Assembly: GCF_006345805.1 (NCBI RefSeq)
Contig: NC_042998.1
Span: forward strand, 118,296,001 to 118,360,000
Source of the DNA: Octopus sinensis
Taxonomy: Eukaryota
Direction of reading: 5' to 3'
DNA length: 64,000 bases
Shown here: in pieces, positions 54,529-64,000 of the stretch
Numbering within the stretch: position 1 is the first letter of the stretch
How the letters are laid out: each line of letters opens with the position of its first letter
The notes under the pieces: model-generated
Told to the model about the DNA's origin: nothing
Databases searched by the model: none
What the model saw: the letters and a program-made list of their open reading frames with translations, nothing else
Position numbers and translations under genes: made by a program

Positions 54529-54840
54529 ATGGAGGAAAGCACATTCGAAACGTGTCTTGGCGTGACTATGAAAGACATCTAATCAGAGGCGGTAAATTCG
54601 CCACAATAGAAGCAAGGTTCGAGTCAACGGAGCGTGCAAGGGAGCACTCGACTCGAACTTGCAAAGTGGAAATATTTTAGTTATACCTTTATATCTGGGA
54701 CGTAGGACGTTCCAGAAAAAAATTTAAAATGTCCCCTCCCCCAGAAGTAGAGGTAGTCTGGATTGTAGCCACACTTCTATACAAGAGGGAGGACATGATA
54801 CAATTGATCGAAATTACAAGAGACGGGCTAACAATTCCAG
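54529..54840 (+). pseudogene. Relic Tx1-like ORF1, right half
   Basis: MEESTFETCLGVTMK / LIRGGKFATIEARF / PLYLGRR / PPEVEVVWIVATLL is collinear with A' EKCLGDIM / SRGKKFGTVEVRC / PSYKGRR / PPEVKTEWLATAIL. Confidence 0.8.
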
Positions 54841-54968
54841 TCTGTTATATATTTTGCGTATTTTTATCACTAGCGATATGTAACTTTGTATTTTGGATTT
54901 TATGTGTAGATGTATATATATAGATGTACATGTAATATGTACACATATATGTACACATATATACATGC

Positions 54969-55010
54969 ACTAGCACTATGACCCGGCAACGACGGGCCTT
55001 TCATGCTAGT
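54969..55010 (+). other. Helentron/HINE-type 3' terminal hairpin
   Basis: ACTAGCA...CCCGGCAACGACGGG...TGCTAGT. Same motif class as the terminus at 281-310. Confidence 0.6.
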
Positions 55011-55055
55011 ATATACATATATGCGCATTTATGCATACATACATATACGTGTATG

Positions 55056-55100
<45 letters not shown>

Positions 55101-55208
55101 GGCGAGAATCATTCTCTTTTGGTGTCTTATAATTTAACACATCGGTAAAATGTCCATATATATATATATATATACATACACACACAAATATCAAAAATCA
55201 TACACATA

Positions 55209-55790
55209 ATGGCCCTCTCAGACATGCCCTCAGCCACACAGAGAGCCACGATCACAAGTTATGCAGATGATACAAAACTTTCACAGGCAATACAGAACCC
55301 TGAGGACACTAAACGCCTGCAATGTGAGCTGGACAAAATATACAAGTGGGCTGCAAAGAATACCATGCAGTTCAATGCTGATAAGTTTCAAGATTTATGC
55401 TATCAGCATGCAAAACTAAATGCAATACCCAATGAATACACTGGACCCGGAGGAATTGCAATCCCAGAGGCAAAATCAGTACGTGACCTGGGTATTTACA
55501 TGAGTGATGACGCAACCTTTCATGTACATGTTGCTAAATTGACAATGAAATGTAGACGACTGGCCGGATGGATTCTTAGAACCTTTAGAACAAGAGAACA
55601 AGAAACCATGATGGTCCTCTGGAGGACACTTGTCCTAAGCCACTTTGACTATTGCTCTCAGCTATGGTCACCATCCAGTGTCAAGCTGATCACAGAACTT
55701 GAGGCGATCCAACGTAGCTACACGAAGAAGATAGCCTCTGTGCAGCATATAAGCTACTGGGAAAGACTCAAGAGATTAAAACTCTATTCT
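55209..55790 (+). mobile_element. CR1-clade LINE RT C-terminal fragment
   Basis: YADDTKL, QFNADK, RDLGI, DYCSQLWSP and LEAIQR...YWERLKRLKLYS. Confidence 0.85.
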
Positions 55791-56172
55791 AGTGGGCTTT
55801 TCAAATCAAATCAGTTGTGGGGAGTTTGAACCTTTTTATAGTTTCGTAGTAGTGGGTGAGGAGGAAGTGAGACAGAGAGAAAATATGTGTGTATGTGTAT
55901 GTGTGTGTGTGTGTGTATGTATGTGTGTGTGCGTGTGTGTGGTGTGTGTGTGCTCGTTTATATCTGAGAGTGAAGAAGTGTTATTTCCGTTGGTCTGCTG
56001 GACCGCCTGTGGTTTTATAAGAACTTTGGCCGTCCATTTCGATGTCACTGAGTGTGTGTTGTGCGTAGGTTGGCCTGGCAAATGTCATTTGGGGTCACAC
56101 TTTCTATGATCATTCTGTGGAGGTGTGTGTGTGTGTGTCTCAATGTGTCCGTGTGTGTTTTTGTGTGCGTAC

Positions 56173-56203
<31 letters not shown>

Positions 56204-56280
56204 TGTGTGTGTCTGTGTGTTTGGAGAAGGGGAGAGATCAAAAAGAGAAAAGGGAAAATAAAAATAATAATAATAAAAAT

Positions 56281-56468
56281 AAAAAAATAAAAAAATATAG
56301 AAATATAAAAATAAAAAATTAAAAAATAAAATAAAAATAAAAAAATATAAAGAATAAATAAAAATATAAAAATAAAAAAAATAAAAAAATATAGAAATAT
56401 AAAAATAAAAAATTAAAAAATAAAATAAAAATAAAAAAATATAAAGAATAAATAAAAATATAAAAAAT
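56281..56468. repeat. A-rich tandem duplication, period 94 bp
   Basis: TATAGAAATAT recurs at 56296 and 56390 with identical context. Confidence 0.85.
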
Positions 56469-56530
56469 AAAAAAAAATAAAAATAAAAATAAGGGAGGAA
56501 GTGGAGAAGAAAAAATATTTTTGTGTGTTG

Positions 56531-56851
56531 ATATTTATACCAACACATATATATACACACACACAGACTTATACATAAAATATTTGAAAAAACCTTTTTA
56601 TTGGTTCAAAATGAACAACCAAATTATACCATCTTGAAAGTTGTATATCATAGGAAAGTTAAAATTAAAGTGACAATTAAAAGGTAATTAAAAGGTACCT
56701 TTTAATTGTCACTTTAATTTTAACTTTCCTATGATATACAACTTTCAAGATGGTATAATTTGGTTGTTCATTTTGAACCAATAAAAAGGTTTTTTCAAAT
56801 ATTTTATGTATAAGTCTGTGTGTGTGTATATATATGTGTTGGTATAAATAT
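56531..56851. repeat. Perfect inverted repeat with 155-bp arms
   Basis: 56531-56685 is the reverse complement of 56697-56851. The 11-bp spacer duplicates the arm end. Confidence 0.95.
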
Positions 56852-56960
56852 ATATGTAAAAAATGTAATATATAAATAAATATCTACAAATATGAACCAT
56901 CTGATCTGATTACCTCAATTTTTCTAATATATAATACCTGTACATCATCTCCAAACCTTC

Positions 56961-57007
<47 letters not shown>

Positions 57008-57010
57008 TGT

Positions 57011-57842
57011 AATATGTGACAATTATTCGGTTGCCATAATAAAACTCCTAGTTTCGGACGTCGGGTCGGAAAGCTGCTCCGACATCTCGTCAGTTACTAA
57101 GACAAACAAAAATGCTATGAAAATGAACGTTAAATAAAGGGGAAAAACCTGAAAAGGATTAGGTAAAATCGCTCATAGGATTCGCGTATGCGCGCATGTA
57201 AATACTTACAAATATGCACACGCACACCCACGTACATGTGCATGTATGCATATGCTCATCACACTCGCAAGAAACGCATGCATGCACGCCCACACACAAA
57301 CCTATATGTGCACATATATAGGCATCATTACACATGTACGCATATGCAAATCCGCACACACACACACACACACGTACACTTACTCATACTCGCACAATCG
57401 TATTATATACACGTCTAAATAAGCACATGCTATATATCCATATGCTTGCTCACACTCTCGTGAAACATATACATTGACATCCACGTTTGTGGGTGAGCGG
57501 CTATGTGTTTCACGCGAGTATGAGTGAGCATCCGCATATATGCAGATATACGTGGGCGTGTGTGCGCGCATGTGTATGTATGTGCATGCGCGCATACGCG
57601 ATTTCTTTAAGCGTTTTTTCACTTTCTCCCCTTCGGTTTTTTCCCTTTATTTAACGGTCTTTCTAATAGCTCTTTTGTTTGTTTTAATAGCGGCCATCTA
57701 AATAGTAATTACCCTTTGTTTAACGGTCATTTTCATAGCATTTTTGTTTGTCTTCATTACTGATGATATGCTGAATCAGATTTCCGCCCCGACATCCAAA
57801 ACTCGGAGTCTTATTATGGCAAACGAATAATCGTCGTATATT
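57011..57842. mobile_element. Fold-back element with diverged inverted arms (inverted Penelope pLTR-like)
   Basis: About 190-bp terminal inverted homology plus inverted internal CA/TG-rich segments. Each arm carries a hammerhead motif. Confidence 0.7.
57037..57099 (-). ncRNA. Type I hammerhead ribozyme motif
   Basis: Minus strand reads TAGTAA-CTGACGA-GATGTCGG..CCGACGTCC-GAAA-CT(AGG)AG-TT-TTATTA: stems I, II and III plus the conserved core, with a GUU cleavage triplet. Confidence 0.65.
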
Positions 57843-57944
57843 ATATTACAGATAAATTCTTCAATTTACATAATATCGAGGTCTCATTCATTCTTTTGTT
57901 GTCATACTATTAGTATTAATGTATTCATGTATGTATACTCTTAC

Positions 57945-58032
57945 TCTTTTACTCTTTTACTTGTTTCAGTCATTTGACTGCGGCCATGCTGGAGCACCGC
58001 CTTTAGTCGAGCAACTCGACCCCGGGACTTAT
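57945..58032. mobile_element. SINE tail fragment
   Basis: CTTTTACTTGTTTCAGTCATTTGACTGCGGCC...TCGACCCCGGGACTTAT. An inverted partner lies at 58790-58960. Confidence 0.7.
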
Positions 58033-58033
58033 G

Positions 58034-58067
<34 letters not shown>

Positions 58068-58081
58068 ATTACATATGTATG

Positions 58082-58139
<58 letters not shown>

Positions 58140-58238
58140 GTATGTATATATATATATATATATATACATATGTATGTATATATATATATATATATACATA
58201 TGTATGTATATATATATATATATATATACATATGTATG

Positions 58239-58269
<31 letters not shown>

Positions 58270-58451
58270 ATATATATATATGTATATATATATAATATAT
58301 ATATATATATGTATATATATGTATATATATGTATGTATGTATATGTATATATATGTATATTATATGTATATATATATGTATATATATGTATATGTATGTG
58401 TGTATATATATGTATATGTATGTGTGTATACATATGTATATATATGTCTAT

Positions 58452-58510
<59 letters not shown>

Positions 58511-58626
58511 ATATATACGCATACACACGATATGTGTGGGAGTGAGTGAGTGAGGAAATGAGTGAGTCAGTGAGTCAGTGAGTGAATGAGTGTGTGAGTG
58601 AGTGAATGAGTGAGTGAGTGAGTGGT
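58033..58626. repeat. Long compound (TA)/(TATG) plus (TGAG)n microsatellite
   Basis: Direct inspection. Confidence 0.95.
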
Positions 58627-58789
58627 GAGCGAACGAGGAAGTACTTTGAATGATTGATAATTTGGATGATTGATGTCTGCTGGGGTTCTGAATAATGACC
58701 AAGCCTTCGAAAATCTAAAGTAATATGTATATGTATTTATGTGTGTATCTGTCTCTCTTTGTGTTTGCCCCCCCTCCCTCCCATTGCTT

Positions 58790-58960
58790 GACAATCGCTA
58801 TTGGTATGTTCATTTCCCCGTAACTTAGCAGTTGGGCAAAACAGACTGATAGAATAAGTACTCGTCTTAAAGAAATAAGTCCTGGGGTCGATTTCTTCGA
58901 CTAAAACACATTAACGCGGAGCTGCAGTCAAATGACTTAACGCGTAAAAGTATAAGTATA
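58790..58960. mobile_element. SINE fragment, inverted relative to 57945
   Basis: ATAAGTCCTGGGGTCGA...CGACTAAA...GCAGTCAAATGACT. Confidence 0.7.
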
Positions 58961-60339
58961 AGTATAAGTATAATATTTCATAATTTCTGTTTAAAACATG
59001 TATACTAACTTATTGAGATTATCATATTTTCGGAATGAAGAGATTATTAAATATGAATGCAAAAATACTGACAAATTCCTATTGCTAATAATTCTGTTTC
59101 TTCCAATTCTCGAACCTGAATCCATTCTGATTCTCTGACTACGACTGCGAGGCACAGGACTAGAGAATAAACTGCTTACAGCCTGCTTTATATTCAATTA
59201 TTTAGACTGACATTAGATCCCATCGTCTTACATAAAGAAATTTAAAATTTTGCAAGCCTCAAGGGCCACGTTAATTCACTTTGACGAAATAACTTTCATA
59301 TCGAAACATATATGCTATTCACATCGACAGATTTTAATATGATATTTCAAAAGGCTTTATATGAAAATGAATTCAATCTTTTGCATTTACAGCCATATCA
59401 AATAAAACTACAATGACAAACATTCAGATGGGAATTTATGTATCTATATGCAGAAATCGGCTTAGAAATGTGCTATGTTCAATACATTCGTAAATTTACA
59501 TAAGTTTAAGCATATCGTTGAATATAATGCGATAGCCGCCAAGAATAGACATTAGCTTTATACATGTAGGGAAATAGACAGTATGGTCAAGTTGCAGCAA
59601 TATATATTTTGGAAAGGTTCGATACACATCCTTAAAACAAAATTATGCGTAATTAGCAATTACATATTTGTTGTTTAGTACCACCTTTCGTGATTAATAA
59701 AACATTTTATCATAGTTATGATAAACCCTATGGCCACAGAATTCCAACAGTGATCATTTTTCCTATATGCAGGGTACAGAGGACCACGTAATACAACGTC
59801 TTTTTCTAAGTGGATAAATTGTGATACGTTCTTCGAAGGAAGAATCTTGATATAAATAATCTATATCGCTAAATCTCTCAGTCACTTAAAGTGTATATGT
59901 ATGCGCACATGTGAGTGTGCACGCGCACATGTGTGCGTGCGTGTGTGTTTGAATGTACAGGGATGGATTCGAGGGTTTCGCTTATTTATGAAATGAGTTC
60001 TTAATTTCACCGGAGTATAAATATCTATAATGGTGACAATTGAATACAAAAAAAAAATTAAATTAATCTAACTTTAAAGTTTCCTGATAAGTAAGTAGTT
60101 ATATTATTTATATCCTACAACGAATTACACAAAGTTTAATTCACATTCAAAGACGTTTCTATGCAATATTTTTGTATTTCATTTTGTTCACCTTCTTTTT
60201 CATATGATTCGACCTGAGTCTGCGTCTGTATAGACTAAACAAGTGGGGAGAAGTCCTGGTGTAACCTCACAAATTCTTAACGTTACGCACTTCGACGTCT
60301 AGTAATTAACGATTCTATTGTTATTAAGATGGCAGGTTA

Positions 60340-62110
60340 GGGAGGTGCTATCGTAATTATGGACAAAAGTGAGTATATTTCGGCTAGTGAAGAAGTTTTA
60401 AACCTTCATATGAAGAATTACCTGTCGATCCAAACACCAATTACATAGAGGAACCTGACAAAATACATCTGGAAATGGGGGAAATCAATTTCGTTAATAA
60501 GGCTAAATCTAAGATGTTAAGTTCAGAAAGAAGAACATCTGTATCTTATGGTCACCCTAAAATACACAAAAAGTCCGAAAGTTTTCCTCCAATGCGTCCA
60601 ATTTGCAGTGGATATAAATTTTGCACGGCCAAAATTTCGGAATGGCTGGATGGCTTTCTACTCCCCGTCGCAAAACGATCGCCTTCCTATATTCTAGATA
60701 TCTTTGATTTTTTATCTAAAACCAACAATTTTTTTAAGCACCGAGGATTAGAAGCATGCATGGGCGCCTTCGAAAACGCGGTCAAAGAAAAGTATTCCCT
60801 CAAATTTTCCCTGTAGATTATTGAGGTTTGTGTAAGAAAGTAACACAATGCAGTTTAGACAAAGCTTTTACCACCAGGCGAAGGATTGCGCTATGGGTAC
60901 CCCCCCCCCCCACATGGCAGTTAATTTCACTAATGTCTTCATGACGAAATTCGAGACACAGTTACTGAAGACATTCAAATCCCTACATGTTCATTAACCA
61001 ATACTCTGGCTCAGGTTCATTGACGATGTATTTTTTGTCTTGGAAGTATCACAGGATACTTTAATGGACTTCTTGCATTTCTGTAACTGTTATCCTAGAA
61101 ACTATGACTTTAAGTCCAACATAAAATTTGCGTCTAGTTTTTCAAAAACTCGAGTTGAATTTTTGGACACAAAAGTCAAGTTTTCTGGAGGCAGAATGGT
61201 GAGAGAGTTATTTTGCAAGCCCACGTCACCCCCCATTTATCTCCACCGCCGCTCCGATCATCCACATCATCTTATTTGGTTAAATCCGAAATCCCAATTT
61301 TTTAGGATAAAACGGATTTGTACTGACGTATGGGATTACTGGAAACATGCAAATACTTTTTTTATGTCATTATGTTAAACGCGGTTACAGGGAATCACGA
61401 TTAAAGAGAATAGCAAATGAAATAGCTAAGATTAGCAAAGATAGTCAAACCTACGCGCATAATTTTAGCAAACACAATACAATAAATGACAGATTAGCTG
61501 GCACCGACATTTCGCTGGCATTTCAAAATTGTTGCATGGAAGTTACCAGCATGTGGCAAAAAAATATCCTCGTTTGAAACAGATATTTCCTCAGCCGGCT
61601 ATTGTAGCCTTTAAACGGAATAAGAATATAAGAGAATTATTGACCTCTATATCTGACTCCGAGAAAACGAACATTGGAGTTACTGCACGCTGTACCTTAT
61701 AGAACAGCCGCAAGATAGGTAAGCCCTGTTCATTGTGCAACAACATGAGTGAAGTGAATTCCATTAGAAATCATAACAGAAATGTTATGATTTATACAGA
61801 AGGTGGAACATGTAAAGAATCATGTATGCTGCAGAATGCACAAAACACAACTTAATTTATGTTGGTTTTACAACAGGATAATCAACCAAAATGTTTAAAT
61901 GCGCACAGATTCGACGTCAGGCACAATAACAGTAGTTCGACCGAACATGCTGAAAATTTCATTTCAAGCGGCTGCAATTTTGCAGAAGACTTGAAAGTGC
62001 ATATTCCCAGAAAATATTCTGAATCTGCTTCACTTTCACTTCTCAGAATGTATGAGGAGAAATGTTATCAGGTTATTAACATCACGCCCTGGAGGAATGA
62101 ATAACATGGC
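60340..62110 (+). mobile_element. Decayed Penelope-like element (RT plus GIY-YIG remnant)
   Basis: GHPKIHK...PMRPICSG, AMGT, RFIDD at 61013-61027, EFLDT, YLHRRSDHP, and a later CTKHNLIYVGFT. Confidence 0.85.
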
Positions 62111-62479
62111 AGGAGAATATCATCAAATTTATAAAATACTGTTTGATTAAATATTCTTCTTTCTCTCGTTTTCTTTCCATTTTTTCTGTCGTCTTCTTTT
62201 TTCCTGTTTTTTTTTGTCCTTTTCTTTTTGACTGTTATAAAATTGTAACTTAAAAACGGATGATGTCATTCCATCAACGTGTTGGCGCTAGTTGCTCTAG
62301 TTCAAACTTTACGTTTAAATTTCTGTAATTTTGAATTTTTATCACTTATTTTGAACTTGACAAATACAGACGTTCTGTTGAAATATCATTCGACTAATAA
62401 AATACCTTACAATCTAATCCTGCTCTTCCTCCTGACTGTTTACATTTGTGAAGAGCTACGTCAATCCTTTTAAAAATAT

Positions 62480-62514
<35 letters not shown>

Positions 62515-62764
62515 TTATTATTATTATTATTATTATTATTAGTATTGTTGTTATTATTATTATTATTGTTATTATTATTATTATTTTGTTGTTGTTATTA
62601 TTGTTATTGTTATTATTATTATGGTTTGTCTTAGGTTCGGTCTTATTCGAGGGAGGATGTATGCGAGTAACAGGTTACTTTCTGTAACCATAGATGTCCG
62701 CAATCTTTCAACAGTCTTTCATGTGTTTAAGGTCCTCCTGATAACCCTTGCTATTCCTAAGAGA

Positions 62765-63419
62765 CTAGCTTGAGAGTATTGACTACATAGTTGCCGGTTG
62801 TTCAGTTCTTGCCCTTACAGAATATAAAACCAGGCATGAACGAGTTGGTCAATAATTGAACTGGAGCTTATACCGTCACTATGATATCCTGCACCCTAAG
62901 AACTGTTTTGAACACCAGTAACTGATGGCGAGAATGCTACCAGCCTATGAGATTATGGGATACATAGGGATAGACAAATAAATACTAACAACCGAGACAT
63001 CGTCATCAAAGACTTAAAACAAAAATTATGTCTGTTAATTGATACGACAGTGTCTATGGGCAGAAACATCTCAGCAAAGGAATTAGTAAAACTGTCGAAA
63101 GATATGAACATTAAATTTGAAATATTGAAATGACGTGGCAAGTAAAACTCCAAACCATTCCCGTTGTTGTTGTAGGTGCCCAGAGAATAATCAAGAAAGT
63201 TACTGACAACTTTTCTTCAACAGATCCCTGGGAAACCAAAAATGTATGAGACGCAAAAAATTGTGTTGACATCAACCGCCCACATTCTCAAGAAGTTTCT
63301 CTACATCAAATATGTACGTGCCGTGGGTCTCTGGTTGAGACACCGTCGAAAGATGAAATAAAATACAAACCAATGGGATAATAATAATAATAATAATAAT
63401 AATGATAATAATGATAATA

Positions 63420-63460
<41 letters not shown>

Positions 63461-63480
63461 ACTAATAATAATAATAATAA
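62765..63480 (+). mobile_element. R4/Dong-like non-LTR 3' fragment (restriction-like endonuclease domain) with (TAA/TGA)n tail
   Basis: ESIDYIVAGCSVLALTEYKTRH...DIVIKD...LID...KE.VK...TIPVVVVGA...TSTAHIL matches R4-clade C-termini. Confidence 0.7.
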
Positions 63481-64000
63481 TGGCTTCTAATCTTAACTGA
63501 TTGGAAGTGGTATCATGTACATTGTTTTGTCTTGGTATAAAATATGGCCTACAGCAAATATTTTGCTCAATACCACAGATTTGCTTGTCAGTTGTTTGAC
63601 CTTAACCTTTTGAGCATGTCTCTTAGTGACTGACGATATGTGCATCTCTGATCACGATCGGAAGTAGTGGGGGAGCATCATAGCCATGTGTTGAGAGGGA
63701 TTCTTTGGAGTTTGAATAATTCACCTCTGGAAACATAGCTGTTTCGTTCAACATCCTTAAACAACCCCTATTTAGGGACCTATTGAGCGGAATGGGTTAA
63801 CCGACCAGAAGAAAATTCTTACTGGGCCCCACATGCAATGTCATGTGCTGTTTATCTTGATATGAGATCACAATATCGCGCACAAATGGTTGTGATGCAT
63901 GTGGCTAGTGTATCCTTATCAGATGAGAAGTCATGATGGGTATACTGGGCTTCGTATATTTTACTCCAGTGTCACTTTGATTGCATGCACTGCTCTCTCA
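63481..64000. repeat. Unclassified interspersed repeat (recalled as abundant in octopus)
   Basis: Recognition from memory only. No ORF. Confidence 0.3.

Larger units (their letters stand above)
36412..54538 (+). mobile_element. Head-to-tail array of six Tx1/L1-clade elements (A'-A-B-A-A-B)
   Basis: Unit boundaries carry GGAGGAAA at 36412-21, 38182-91, 40122-31, 45342-51, 47292-301, 49253-62 and 54529-38. Each unit ends in the same ~47-nt tail. Confidence 0.92.

Noticed and set aside
36412-54538. Reading the array as an LTR retrotransposon/endogenous retrovirus or a CRISPR-like repeat-spacer array
   Set aside because: The RT is non-LTR type with an AP endonuclease, and there is no protease, integrase or PBS. 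Units are kb-scale whole elements and there are no cas genes.
57919-58549. Long ORFs of YI/IY, LSIY, HT, CV, poly-S or poly-L throughout the window
   Set aside because: These are translations of microsatellites that lack stop codons, not genes.

Overview
AT-rich, microsatellite-dense eukaryotic DNA whose SINE and Penelope-type repeat content resembles an octopus (coleoid cephalopod) genome; the species is my inference. I found no host gene, rRNA, tRNA or CRISPR array that I can support. Most of the window is decayed mobile DNA: Penelope-like elements, tRNA-type SINEs, Helentron-like non-autonomous elements, Tc1/mariner and hAT derivatives, and CR1 and R4/Dong fragments. The exception is an 18-kb young head-to-tail array at 36412-54538 made of six apparently full-length Tx1/L1-clade non-LTR elements in the order A'-A-B-A-A-B. 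B (about 5.2 kb) is an autonomous type with ORF1 plus an APE-RT-zinc finger ORF2. A and A' (1.8-1.9 kb) encode only their own divergent CCHC ORF1 but share B's 3' terminal ~47 nt. All seven junctions carry an invariant GGAGGAAA core. The two flanks rejoin at this motif into the decayed ORF1 of a further related element, which appears to lie inside a Helentron-like element. This looks like a site-specific, self-stacking helper/ORF1-only retroelement system. Other notable features are an apparently intact hammerhead ribozyme core in a fold-back element (57037-57099) and a perfect 155-bp-arm palindrome (56531-56851). Many frameshifts in the array sit in homopolymers and may be sequencing errors.
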